This document shows positions 11,570 to 24,699 of a DNA stretch of 64,000 nucleotides, one piece after another. The position numbers were made by a program, and so were the translations under genes. The notes below the pieces were generated by a model. It was not told the origin of the DNA, made no database searches, and saw nothing but the letters and a program-made list of their open reading frames with translations. The number at the start of each line of letters is the position of its first letter. The first letter of the stretch is position 1. The stretch comes from Marsupella aquatica (lineage: Eukaryota > Plantae > Marchantiophyta): contig OZ316896.1 of assembly GCA_973895155.1 (NCBI GenBank), positions 22,153,722-22,217,721 of the forward strand. The letters run 5' to 3'.

Positions 11570-12110
11570 GCCACCCCTTGCATCCTGAAGCCCCATTGAT
11601 AACCCCAAAGTTTTTGTTACTTTAAGCTTTTTACTTAAAGTTACCATGGCTGCTTACTTGGCTTTGGCCGCCCCAATGCCGAGCGGGATGCCAAGACCCC
11701 TTGGGATAATGACACGGCTTGGCTGACTTTTCAACAACTCTTCACTACCCCTTGCATCTTAGAACCCCATTGGGCCCAAAGTTTTGGCTACCTTAGAGTT
11801 CTTACTTAAAGTTGCCGCAATAGCTTAATTGGCATTGGCCGCCCCAATGTCAAGACCCCCTCGGGTAACGGAGCAGCTTGGCTGACTTTTCAACGGCCCT
11901 TCCCCTACCCTTGCATATATCTTGGAACCCCATCAGTAACCCCAATTTTTTTGGTTACTCTAAGCTTAGTTTGCTTAAAGTTGACCGTGGCCGCTTACTT
12001 GGCTGTGGCCGCCCCAATGCCAATTCCCCTTGGGGCAACGGCACGACTCAGCCCACTTTTCAACAAAACAATTTGCCTACCCCTTGCATGGAACCCCTTT
12101 GGTAACCTCA
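11570..12110. repeat. ~175-bp unit repeated about 3 times
   Basis: Recurrent CCCCTTGCAT..CCCCAT..TTAAAGTT..GGCCGCCCCAATG..TTTTCAAC blocks. Confidence 0.75.
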
Positions 12111-13269
12111 TCCAAGTTTACTCGGCTCCTTACTCGCCAATACCATGCCCCCCTGGGGTGGTGGTGTGGTTTGCAACACTTTCCAACATTGGAGGACCTG
12201 CCACCCCCGGACCAACTTTGGTCCAGATATTTTGGCCCCCACCCCATGCCTCTTCCTGTGCTAAACAAAGTGGCAAGACATAACAACAACTGAGGGGTTG
12301 TTGGGGAGTTGGAACCCGGGGCAAGATTGAGTTAGGTTGGGGATGGGACCTTGGGGTCTCGGGTTTCATTCCACCCCGGGATGTTGGGTCTAGCATTTTT
12401 TACAACATTATTTTTTTGTTTTTGGCCAGTGTGACAAATGTCAGCCTCTCAAAGGAAGGAAATGCTAGGAGTATTCTTCAACAATGTTTCTTGAATTATA
12501 TCTTCTTCATCAGATATCCCTAGATTGACGTACAACGGTTAGCTTTTGGCAAATGGGGTCCATGATTTGGTGGGAGAGTGGCCAATGGTATGCAAAGAAT
12601 CTAGCAATTTTTTGGCAAAAGTGACGGAAAAAAGTGGTGAACATATTTTGGGGAGGTGAAATTTGGCAAAAGTTTGCACCTAAAAACTAAGTTGTTTGGA
12701 TGAGACCAGGGCCAGGGTAGTCTCAGGAGTCATCATCCCTCCCTCTTCACTCTCCCTCATCGCTCTCCCTCTTCTAGCTATTGGGTAATGGGTATTGCTC
12801 CTCTTCACACTCCCTCTTCTTGCCATTGGGTAGTTGTTGTTGCTTAAAAGTACTCATTAAATGTCTGGAGCCCTTATAAGCTCACATAGTCTTGGAATAG
12901 AGAGTTCCAAACTCCAAAAGGAAAGAAGCTATGTTCTTCCCTCTCTCTTAAAAGTTGTACTCTGATGGTACAATTGTACCTCCTTTTACAGGACCTCTAT
13001 CCCCTTTGTACCTTGTACCTGGGGCTCCTAAGAGTAATGAGCTCATATCCTGTACCTGAAGGTACAATAGTACCTGTCTTGTGCATCTTTGTGTACCAGG
13101 TTTCCTCACGTTCCTTTTTTTTCCCCCCTTATTGGTTCCATATTTACAGGTTTCAATTATTCTCACCCAAAAGGACACTCCAAATTTGAATGACGACCAC
13201 GCCATTTTTTGGCGCAACTGTGTATTATAGTTTAGTATAGCCTCATGCCAAGGCTAGGTAAAGATCTCA

Positions 13270-13880
13270 AAATGAAAGAACATGTCCAAGTGAAAAAAAA
13301 AATTCTAAATGAGAAAAGACAAAGTGAGAAAAATATGATTGGAAAGGTCAGAAAAAAAAGGTTAAGGTGAGAAAAAGAAATCAAAGAGATAAAAGATATC
13401 AAGGGTGAAAAAAAGATATTCAGATGAGATAAAGATGTCAAGGTGAAAAAAACATAAAACTTCTAGGTGAGAAAAGATGTGGAGGCTGGAGAGAAAATGA
13501 TCTTGAGGAGAGGAAAAGAAGTTGAGTTGAGAAAATATATGGAGGAGAGAAAACTTGTGAAGCTAAGAAAAAGATTTTGAGGTGAAAAAAAGATGTCAAG
13601 GTGAGAAAACAATATTGAGGTTAGGAAAAGATGTTGAGGAAATAAAATGATGTCGAGGAGTGGCAAAGAAGTTGAGGTGAGAAAAAATATGGAGGAGAGA
13701 AAACATGTCAAGCTAAGAAAAAGATATTGAGTTAAGAAAAATATGTTGTGTTGAGAAAAAGATGCCAAGATGAGGAAAAAAATGTCGAGAGAAAAAATAT
13801 CGTGGTGGGATAAAGATATCAAGGTGAAAAAAAGATGGTGAGATGAGAAAAAGATGTCAAAGCGAGGCAAGAAAAAATAA
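13270..13880. repeat. Purine-rich degenerate array (AAAAGATGTCAAGGTGAG-like)
   Basis: Strand-biased A/G-rich repeats related to the AAGATGTC core. Confidence 0.7.
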
Positions 13881-15652
13881 GCTTTGCAATGTAATTACTG
13901 GGACATGTTATGTGTGATCCTGATCATACAATTGTTGTGGTCGTGTTCAATATCCGTGCGTCACACATTAAATTTTGCAAAAAAGATGTCATCACATAAA
14001 TGATGTCCATGTCAAAAAGATGTCATTGCAAAAGTGATAAAAGAGAGCACAAGATAGGTGATGGCAACTGAGTTAGGCACATTCACACAATGTTGTGAAG
14101 GGTGACATCCCCCTCCTCCTCATGGCCTCCTCTCCCCCTTTCTCTTGGGCTCCCTCTCCCCTCTCTTTGCCCCAAAACAAAAAGAAATCAATAAAAGGCA
14201 AGGATGTCCCTTTTCTCCTCAATTTTCCTCTTATTGTCTACTCTTATTTTCTTTATTCTTCCTTTGCGCCCCTTTGCCTCATCCACTGTCTTTCATCCCC
14301 TTCCCTACATACTTATGGGAAAGTAGTATACTATTAAGTACCCATGGGTGCATCATTAATTTCCTCTCCCTACTTTCAACTTTATGTCTTGTAAATAGTC
14401 CCTGACCCTCATAATGTGTCCCAAGTGCCCCATCCCAATGAAACACATGACACTCACATACAACATAGGTTATCATGTCCCTTGAATCTTTGTGGTATAC
14501 CAAATACTTTGTCTTGTGTCCTTTGGGTTATAGAGATTGCCTTTTGACTACTGAAAGGCTAGGATAAAAGAACTTATCAATCCAATCCCAAAGTGAGTGT
14601 GTAACCAGACCATCCACCATTTTGGGGATTTCTTATTATAATAGTGGATAACGTCCCCCAGTAAAGTGCTTCAGCTCAAATTCTGAGTGGCTATTATTCA
14701 TGAAGCAGAACCCTAATGAAAAGGGAAAAATGACGGAGGCATTAATTATAGAGTTGACTGATGGGGATTATGCCCTCCCCCTAGAGCTAGTCCCCACTTG
14801 GGCTAAAGTTTACAAAGAAGAAGAAAAAATGGCCGCCTGGCAGTGCACAGAAAACCTTTTTGCAGCCTGACACGAAGGGACATCGCAACGGCCTCCAACT
14901 GGCTCACCGAGAATCTCAGCAGGAATAAAAATAATTACTTGGGGCATTTGGAGAAGGGTCAAATTGTACCTCCACATCGAATAAAGGAAAAATATTCATA
15001 AAACCACAAAAGAGAAGGAATAACACTTACTGATATAAAAGTATGGTGATATAAAAGTATGGTGTTTATCATGGTATGAAATATTTATTAACCTGTACAA
15101 ACTTAACAAATACATACTAATGTTGTTTGGATGTACTTAGGGTCACGCTAGCCTGTTAAGGATTGCTCTTAGTCTTGTGACTCATAGATTACGGCACTTA
15201 GGCTAACCACAGTTAGGATCTTAGCTGAGGTTAGATTAGTCGTGTGTGACCTTGTATATACCAGGGCTAGTGTAAGCCGCTGGTGTGTGGTGCTTACTCA
15301 TTGTAACAGAGCAACAGGAGGAAGAGAGAGAGCATGTGTGTTCGTCTACTCTTGAAGTAAAGCTTGAGTGTTTGTGTGGACGTACCCTGGGAGAAGAGGT
15401 GAACCACGTAGAGATTGTGTCGACTACGTATGCATGGAATGAGTCATGGTTGTATGGTCGTTGCGAATGACGTCTTAGTTCAACATAGCCCTGCTGGTAA
15501 TCACACATCAAAATGTGGCTGCATTCATTGATTGAAAGGAAAAAACTAGTATTATCACTGTATGCAGGGGTGTCGTACATAGTATATGTCATATTTTGAT
15601 GTGCAGCTCACGCTAGCTGGCGATGTCAGTATGTTGGAGGTTTAATAAGACG

Positions 15653-17086
15653 TACTAGTCCAAGGAGGAAGATCAAGTTGAGATCACCCTATCTCCCCCT
15701 CAACCCCATGAATGTTTAAGCTCAAACAGGGTCCAGAAGTTCTTTGTAACTGCATGTGTGCTATGTAAATTTTCTTCATCTTACTAATAAATTGCAAACA
15801 GAAGCTAGATTGGGGTCTAGACTTCTAGAGTGAAGACTCTATACAGTGACTCTAGAGTCTCACCAAAATTTGTGCATGGAAAAACAATGAGATGTATATA
15901 TGTCAAAATGAATCATGTATGATAATTTTTGTCATCATTCTTACTAATATTCAGACAATGAGAATTCAGGCTCATAAAATATATTTTCAAACCAAACTAC
16001 TCTACACTTACATGAAACCAAGTTTTTTTCATGATGGATAGTTTCAAACAACAGACTGGAGCTTGAAGATTTTAATTGACCTGCAAGTGGCACCAAAAAT
16101 CTCCTGTAAGTGGCACCAAAGTGATTTGGATGGTCAATCTCCTGCAAGTGGCACCAAAAAGGAGATTGGTCCACCTTTTTGTTTGTCTTTTGCTGACTTT
16201 GTTGATGATTTGTTTCCCTCCCTACGACTTCCCGAGACCTCTAGCTACTGTAGTTGGGCGACAATTTGTCTTGGGCATGTCTAGGGCAGGGTTTCTCGTT
16301 CTCTTTCCACGCAAATTGTCAAAAGCCAATAGTTTCAACACAGTCATTAACACTACAGTACTGAAGCTCGCAACTGGCATGGATGGGTGCTCGAGTCTCA
16401 TAGTTCATTAAATAAACACCTCTAGCTAGTTGGGCAATTATTTGTCTAGGGCATATCTAGGGGCTAGGGCAGGGTTTCCTGTGCTCTTTCCACGCAAATC
16501 AGCTTGTCAAGGACCTTTAGATTCAACACAGTCATTAACACTACACTACTACAGTACTGTAGCTCGCAACTGGCATGCATGGGTGCTCCAGTCTAGATAA
16601 ACACAAAGGTGGCCCACAACACCATTCTCCTTTGTACTGCCATTTCAGTAAAGTGGGTGTTAGCCTTCACAGCTCCTTCATAGGTTACATTTTGGTAGGC
16701 TTTTGGTTTGTGGCGCCTTGACTTGTTTTTTCTTGGGGTCCTTTTTCCCTCTTTTCCTCCCTTTCTTTGGGTTGCTTTGCCTTTGGGATCTTGTCTCCCA
16801 ATTTGGTGTTTTTTGCCCTTTGGCACTCTGATATCTCTTGCAGGAGCCATATGCTTGGATGGGATAGCCGTCCAAAACTTTATTCTCAGCCCGTCTCAGA
16901 TTCTCAGTGAGGATCTTCAAGCTCATATGTGACGTCTGAACAGATCTATTTAAGTTAGGAGACACATATGTAGAATAAAGTTGTTAGTTTCATATACAAA
17001 GAGAACTTTTGGATCCTGTTCGAGCTTAATAATTAATGGGGTTGAGATAGAGTGATCTCAAGTCAACCTTCCTCCTTGGGCCAGTA
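15653..17086. mobile_element. Non-autonomous TIR element (MITE-like, ~95-bp imperfect TIRs, possible TA TSD)
   Basis: TACTAGTCCAAGGAGGAAGATCAAGTTGAGATCACCCTATCTC...GGTCCAGAAGTTCTTTGTA matches the reverse complement of 16995-17086. It has internal ~170-bp direct repeats (16240-16590) and CTGCAAGTGGCACCAAA x3. Confidence 0.7.
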
Positions 17087-17166
17087 AAATCTGGTGCAAA
17101 ATCGGGCATAGCCGTATTCCATGTCAAGCTAGGATACTACTGTATCTCTTTTGGTTTTATGAATTA

Positions 17167-20100
17167 CTATCTCAATACCTAATATCTCAATATCCATGCG
17201 TTGCACAAAAGATATTGTGTCACCCAAGATGTCGCTAAAATAAATATATCATGGCACCCAAGATGTTAAGAAAAGAGATGTTGTTGCGCCCAAGATGTGC
17301 TAAGAGAAAAGTGTTGTGGCGCCCGTTAAGAGAAAAGATGTTGTGTTTCCCAAGAATGATGTTGTTATGTGAAAGATGTCATGAAATAAAACAATTTTTT
17401 TCTACATAGAAATGCAATTTAATATATTCACATAATTTCCAATGATTCTAAGTTTTTTCGAAAAATCATTGAAAATTATATGAATATCGACTAAAAACAA
17501 CCCGTATTATATCCAACTGGATTTTTAATTTCTCCCACTATGGGAAGTATCCATAATGTATTGAAGAAGCGCTATCTGAAAATAACATAGGTATATTGTT
17601 CAATTGAGAATAACAAATTCCAAAAAAAATTGATAGAATACTATTAAACATTCCGTTAATATGTCTAGAGGTGTCGCAAACTGATTTGCAGGTTCACCAA
17701 TCATAGAAAACAGCTAAGTTAAGAAAAAGGAAGTCATTTTGCCAAAGATGACATGTCGCCCAAGAGGTCATCAAGTAAAAAGTTGTCATCAAGTAAATAG
17801 ATGTCATGTCACCAATGATGTAGTTATGCCAAGAATGTCATTCATTTGTTTAAATTTGACATCAAAGAATGTGTATCATTCTTGCAAATGAACCCAACAT
17901 TTTCTTCACGGTTGCCACGCGAGTGTCTTGAACGGTCACACGAGTGATACAACACATTGCGCAATCTCCACCATTGATAAGTAAAATCCAATGGATAAAT
18001 GGATGATGTGGAATTTTCTCTGAATTTATAAATTTGCAAGAGTCTCTAACTGGACCCGTAAAAACTTGGATAGTACTTTGGGTAATAAAATAAGATAACA
18101 AGCTAGTCTTAACCATTGATGTTTGTTGATCAATGATGAGAGTTGTGCAATGTGGGTTGATGCACAATAATGTCGCTTGTGTAAAAACTGTCATGTGTGT
18201 GAGAATGGAAGTGCGCAAGAATAATAATGTGTGTGAGAAGTATAACGCATGTCAGATCTATGTTAGCTGTCACTCAAAAACTGGGAAATAATAATTATTA
18301 TATATGGGCCAGCAATGTGGGTCAACTAAGTTGAAGCCAAAATTAACATGAATCTCTAAAAAAAATTCATTTTTGTTCTACTCAACCAAATGGGCTGAAC
18401 ATTCTCTAAGGGATAGAGAGGAAAGCTGGGGAATCTAGTATTAAGTTGTTGGAGCTCAAACATAGCTCCAAATTGTGAGTTAAAAAATATGTTGATATGA
18501 CAATTTGGTCTTAATCCAATCTCAGTTATGCTAAGCCTACTTAGGGATGTGTGCACCTTAATATCTTAACTCATAACCTTATCAATTTCAAAGTTACAAT
18601 TGGGGTCAAACAGTACATCGACCCTTGCGGATGTGTGCACCAAAATGGCTTAACTTGTAACCTTATTAATTTTAAAGTTACAATTGGGGTCAAACAGTAC
18701 ACCGACCCTTGCGGATGTGTGCACCATAATGCCTTAACTTGTAACCTTATTAAGTTTAAAAGGTAATTGGGTCAAAAAGTACACCAACCTTCCAGATGTG
18801 GGCACCAAGATGCCTTAACTTGTGATCTTCTTCATTTTTAACGTAAAGACAATGTTATGTTAAGAGTTGTACGTATCAAATGTTGATCTTGCTTTTGCTA
18901 TTTCTATTGGAAAATGAATTTCAAAAGGAAATAACTCTCAATCTAAAGTCTTCTTAATATGCCTTTCTTTGTAGCAAAGTTCCTTAGATAGAGTATCAAT
19001 ATTTACATCTTTTCAGTTGTCAAGATTTGAAAAAGTATTTACAAGTAAATATGAAACTCCAATTTTCAGGTCAAACAGTTCACTAAGTTTAGATCTGATG
19101 TTGCAAATTAGAACTTTTCACTTCTTTTATCTAAAAATAATTATCACAAATCAATTGACTAAGGTGAAATCTTGGAATTGAACAAATGTTTGAAATAGGT
19201 TTATCACAAAATATATTAGCAATCACACTTCTGGACCATAAGGAGAGAAGAGAAAGAAGGCAAACCTGTATTTCAAGTGTTGTCAAAAAGTTGAGCTTGC
19301 TATTGATTATAAAATAATTCGTAAACTCTCCCAAGTTTGTCTAGCAACCAAGAGTAAAATGTTCATCTCAAGAAAGGCTGAAGAGGGGGGCTCAACCATT
19401 GAATCGAAAGGACATTGGGCCACTTCACAACTAATAAAATCCATACAAACTGTAATTATTAAACAAAACATGCAATGCTACAAACCTACATGGGTCACAT
19501 GGTGAGAGCCATACAAAAAATACTCTGCCACTTGATGTCTGCCTCCGAGCTTGAATGTCTTCTGTAAACGATACTCTCACCTAGCCTGAAGTATGCTAGA
19601 TTAAACCCCACTATGATCACCCTAGGCACACCAAAAGAGTCATGAGTTCAACCTCCAATCAGCCTCCACAAGCACAACAAATTAGTCCTTAAATATTGAA
19701 CACAACATCACTAAATCTCCTATCCAACCTATTTTTGTTCAGTTTATTAGTTACAATCTCTACATAATGGAGAAAGCTACATTTAATAATAAGACAAAAT
19801 AACATCATAAAGTAGAATTGATTACATAATCCACATCATGCAAGAAAACAAGTGTTCATAGTCCCATGAAAGTTGGTCTATACAACCTCTCTCTCCAACA
19901 CCTATGATGATTCTACACTTATGGTTTTTGTCTTTGTTTCCATTTGCCATGATCATTAGGACATTGATGCAAATTTTGTTTTATTAGCATGTATTAACAA
20001 ATTGAATCTTCAAACTAAGTTGCTCAAGATAATATCATAGATATTTACAACTAGTGATTCAATCCAAGCCGTCATTTTTCTTGTCGCATCCTCTTATTAT

Positions 20101-20355
20101 TATAGATGAGCTTTAGATTCCTTAATCCTCGTGCATGTGCATTCATTCTCGTTTTTTGTGTCCCATTTGATCCCCCTCTTGTTTGGAATGCATTTGATTC
20201 ACTTTTTGGTGCGCACTACATTTAATGTAACCTTTATTCCTTCTCTTTGATCAATAGTATTAATGTTTTTTGGATGATAAAATTAATGTTTTTTGGACAC
20301 TGCAAATTTGAATGATGACCACTTCATAAAAAGATGCAGCGTTGTATTATAATAT
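17167..20355 (-). mobile_element. Non-autonomous Helitron H2 (degenerate 3' end)
   Basis: The 5' motif lies at ~20303-20355. A decayed hairpin and 3' end (GTGCAACGCATGG...GTATTGAGATAG|T) at 17167-17207 is followed by the AAGATGT array. Confidence 0.55.
18546..18830. repeat. ~80-bp tandem repeat, about 3.5 copies
   Basis: GATGTGTGCACC...TTAACTTGTAACCTTAT...AAAGTTACAATTGGGGTCAAACAGTAC repeated. Confidence 0.85.
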
Positions 20356-20359
20356 TTAA

Positions 20360-21660
20360 CTAGCTCAATACCTGTGCGGTGTACAAAAGATGTCGTGACG
20401 GCCAAGATGTCATTGACAACAAAAAAGGTTGTGTCGGCCAAGAGATTATTGAGAAGAAAGATGTTGTGTCGGCCAAGAGGTCGTTGAGAAGGAAGATTTT
20501 GTGTCGCCCAAGATGTTGTTGAGAACAAAGATGTCATGTCGGCCAAGATGACAATGATAACAAAAGATGTCCGGTAGGCCAAGAGGTCGTTGAGAACAAA
20601 AGATGTTGTGTCGGCCAAGAGGTCATTGAGAAGGAAGATGTCATGTCACCCAAGATCCGACCCAAGATGTTGTTGAGAAGAAAAGATGTCATGTCAGCCA
20701 AGATGTCGGTGAGAACAAAAGATGTCGTGTCAGCCAAGAAGTCATTGAGAACAAAAGATGCCGTGAAGAAAATACCTGTACGTTACACAAAAGATGTCAT
20801 GACAAAGAAAAAAGATGTTGTGTCCCCCAAGATGTTGTTAAGAAAAAAAAATGTCGTATCGCCCAAGATGTTACTTATTAAGAAAAAAGATGTCATTGAG
20901 AAAAAGAGATGTTGTGTTGCCCAAGTTGTTGTGTCACCCAAGATGTCGTTAAGAAAAAAAGGTGTGGTGTTGCCCAAGATGTTCTTACGAAAAAAAATGT
21001 CGTGTTGCCCAAGATGTTGTGAAGAAAACCAGTGTGTTGCACAAAAGATGTTGTTAAGAAAAAATATTGCATCACCAAAGATGTTGTTATGTAAATGATA
21101 TCATGAAGTAAAAAGGATGTAGTTTAAAAAAAGTTGAGTTGCCAAAGATGTCATGAAGTAAAAATATTTCGTGTTGACAAAGATGTCGCAAAGTAAAAAG
21201 ATGGCATTAAAAAAAGTCGTGGAGTAAAAAAATGTTGTTCAGAAAAAAAGAGTCGTGTCACCGAAGATATCAAAGATATTGTCAAGTAAAAAATGTCGTT
21301 ATGTGAACGATATTGCCAAGTAAAAAGATATAGGGGCGCCAAAGATGTTGTTATGTCAAAGATATTGTCAAGTAAAAAGAAATAGTGTCGCCAAAGGTGT
21401 TGTGAAGTAAAAAATACATCATCAAGTAAAAGATGTTGTCAAGAAAAAAGTTGTGATGCCAATATTGTTGTTATGTCCAAGATTGATGTGGTCAAGTAAA
21501 AAGATGTTGTTATAATGTCAACAATGTAGTCAAGTAAAACTATGTCGTGACTCCAAAGTTGTCGTCAAGTAAAACAATGTCATTAGTCATAGATGTTGTG
21601 AAGTAAAACATGTCGTTGCATTAAATGTCGCCAAGGAAAAGATGTGCAGAAGATGTCAAT
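20360..21660 (-). mobile_element. Helitron H3, 3' portion with AAGATGTCGT minisatellite array (5' end not found)
   Basis: CTAG at 20360-20363 with the hairpin-bearing terminus, then about 1.3 kb of the same array as 10300-11560. Confidence 0.65.
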
Positions 21661-21712
21661 AAATTAGATGGCACCTTTGGCACAAACTAGATGGCACCTT
21701 TGGCATAAACTA

Positions 21713-24628
21713 GATGGCACCTTTGGCACAAACGAGTATGGGGTTAGTTCTCTTCATGAATGACTTCTTTTACAGTTGTATTTTTTGTATTACTTAAATT
21801 CCCAGATTTCTATACAAGCTTCAGTGTTTTGCTTAAATTCACTAACCTAAACTCTGATCGATACAATGTATGCAGTATGAACTGCACACATTGTTGTGTT
21901 TTGATGAATGGCAAAATGGAATCCCTACTTGCTGGGCCTTGACGGAATCCAAGGCAGAATCTGATTTGCGGATTGTACTTCAGGCTGTGAAAGGAGCTGT
22001 TGAACGAACAAGGACCGAAGTTCTCAGATTAGAGGACTTGTGGATGCCCTCAGCATTTCTTGTTGATTGTGCTGATGAAGAGCACAATGCCTTGATGTAA
22101 GAGACGTTCCTCATCCTCTTTGGTTTTATTTCCTTTTTCCTTTTTGCTTCATCCATGTGTTTTTTTGCTTAGTATGTCCTATATCCTTCCTTTGTATTAT
22201 TTGATAACTATGGTCCACTTTTAGGCCCCTCTACAAAAACAGCATTTTTCTAGTTCGAATGTGAACTTAAGTTTCCGAGATGAGGTCTCCTTCCCTTAAA
22301 ACCCGTGTTTTCCCCATCATATTTTCCCTTTGTATTTTTTGCTCAGTTTGTCCCAAAACCCCCCACTTTGGAGCCAGTTTGGAAAAACTCCATTTTCTCG
22401 ACCCTCTCCACTGGGGCCCATATTCACCCAATAGACTAAGAAGGACTCCCTGATTTCAAATCTGAACTTAGTTTTCCGAGATGAGGTCTCCTTCCCTTAA
22501 AACCCGTGTTTTCCTCATCATATTTTCCCTTTGTATTTTTTGCTCCGTTTGTCCCAAAACCCCCCCACTTTGGAGCCAGTTTGGAAAAACTCCATTTTCT
22601 CGACCCTCTCCACTGGGGCCCATATTCACCGAGTAGACTAAGAAGGATTCCCTGATTTCAAATTTGAACTTAGTTTTCCGAGATGAGGTCTCCCTTGATT
22701 GGTACAGTGATTTTGCAACCCCTACCCTCCCTCAAGTCTTTCATGTCCAACATGTCCCAAAACACCAAATAGTGGTTATACCTCAAGTGCCCCATATATA
22801 CCCCCCTCATGACTTCCATACTTTGGCAGATCACTGTGGCCTGGAGTCCCTATCGTATTGTGTTTGTGGCATGTTCGGCGTGCCCAATACAAAAACATCT
22901 TGAAGAAAATTGCAGACCCAAATTCGAGGGCAGAGGTGAATAAGGAGTTGGGGAACATCATGGGGGCACTTGCAACAGGTACACCCTAAAGTGACTTTTC
23001 CTGGGATGTGCACTGAGGAGGTCATTTTTGGCAGTGTTTGGTGCCAGGTTTTGCTGCACACTTAAGAAGGTTGGAAATTTGATTGTTTTGCAGATGCTGT
23101 GAACATGTCCCATAATTTCATGAGAAAGTGGATTGGCAATCATAAGGACTTTGTTGCATACTAGAAAGAGTGGCACCACAGGGTCACGGAGAGGTGGGTG
23201 CAAAATTTTCGGAAGTTCAAACATGCCAACCAGGACACCAATGGAGCAGTTGAGCGGTGGCATGCTACTCTTAAGTTGCACTTGAGGACAGAGAAGCCTT
23301 TCAAGCTAGGCAGGAAGGTTGTGTGGCTAGTGACACAACTAGTGAATGAGCTAGAACATTTCTTTTGGTGCTTGTCATGTATGAAGTGGCAAGGCAGGGT
23401 GAGAAACAAGAACATTGAGAACTATGTGTGGTCGGCTATTCTTAGAGCCAGGGGAATCCCAGATGGTGATGTTACTTTCTTCATTGACAGTAGAACAGCA
23501 ATGGTGAAGTCTCAGACACCACCAAAGACAAATACTCACATACTGGAGAACTACGATAGTGAAGACTGTGTTTGCACTTGTGATACCTCAATCCAGGGGA
23601 ACACTTGCAAACATCAAGTGAAGATTCTGAGTATGAAGGGGATGACAGAAATTGACATCTTGCAACGATTTGGCACACGTTTTGGTAGCATGGTGGCACC
23701 GACTTGCACGTTTGAGAGACCTGCATTTGGCGAATTGTTTGAGGACGTGGAACTTCCTCCGTGTTTCAACATCACTCTCCCCATGGACAATACTGATGGA
23801 GGAGATGAAAACTCTACAAGGACTGGGGAAGGCAGAGGGGATCATGCTGTGGAAGCATTTACGGACGACGATTTCAGAGAAGTTGTGCTCGACACACTTG
23901 CGAATTGTGATGGAGACCTCAATATGAGAAGTATTGCAATGACAAAACTAAAAAATTGGAGGCATGACGTGAGGAATATCGTGGCACGAAATGCAAGGAA
24001 GCGTGATCGTGACTTCCGGAGTGCAAAGGCGAGGACCTTGAAGCGAATAGACCCAGACAACAGCCAGAAAAGGCACCTCAGCATTGTTGATAATATTTAC
24101 AGAGGACAAAAGCGGCCATTGGCTAAGAGGCTGACAAAAGAACAAAAGGAAGTCATCGAGAAGGAGAATGCGGAGCGAATGGCATTGCCCTTAAAAAAGG
24201 TCATGGTGGTGAAGGAAAGCACTCAAGAGTTTTTGGATAGGGCAGCAAAAGACCACAACACTGGGGGTAAACAGATTCGCAGGATTAAGCAGAAGGTAAT
24301 TGTGATGCAAGACGACACAGCAGTTCCCAAAAAGGCAAAGAAGGGAAAAGCGAATGCCACAAAACCAAAGCAATCAATGGCTGTCAACACAACAGTCATG
24401 CAAGGTCCTACTCCAAATAACAGTGGCAGCCCATTCCAGGTTCTAGATTTGAATGTGCCCATTGCCAATTCCATTGATGGTGTCAATCTCACAATGGGCA
24501 GACATTCAATGTTACAGTTAAGTCCGGCAGCGCCTTGCAGAATGTGTATGATCTTCTATACTGGAACGCATACAGTTTGTGCAACCAGAGTCAGGTGGCC
24601 GATGACAAGGAGAATTAGCAGAATGTAA
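21713..24628 (+). pseudogene. MULE (Mutator) transposase with SWIM finger; 5'-truncated, nonsense codon at 23162-23164
   Basis: Spliced model: 21713-21742 (DGTFGTNEYG, D1), 21876-22096 (FLVDCADEE, D2), 22830-22978 (LCLWHVRRA, CxxH) and 23094-24628 (TNGAVERWH, E; SWIM CVCTC-x8-CKH). All introns are GT-AG and phase-consistent. Confidence 0.85.
22258..22695. repeat. ~203-bp tandem duplication in MULE transposase intron 2
   Basis: GAACTTAGTTTTCCGAGATGAGGTCTCC occurs three times and the intervening blocks are nearly identical. Confidence 0.85.
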
Positions 24629-24699
24629 ACCCTGCAGTTTGAAGCATGTAGTAGAATGCTTGATCTCAATCTGAAATGTTGAAGAAACAAACTTCTTTA

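Larger units (their letters stand above)
10277..13240 (-). mobile_element. Non-autonomous Helitron H1
   Basis: Minus-strand 3' end TGTGCAACGCACAGGTATTGAGCTAG|T (GTGC-AAC-GCAC hairpin plus CTAG, the typical plant Helitron terminus). A recurrent 5' motif CTATAATAC..GCGC..GTGGTCGTCATTCAAATTT lies at ~13182-13240. The 5' boundary is approximate. Confidence 0.65.

Noticed and set aside
17840-18240. Possible captured gene fragment inside Helitron H2
   Set aside because: The best-looking frame has several stops and no identifiable family.
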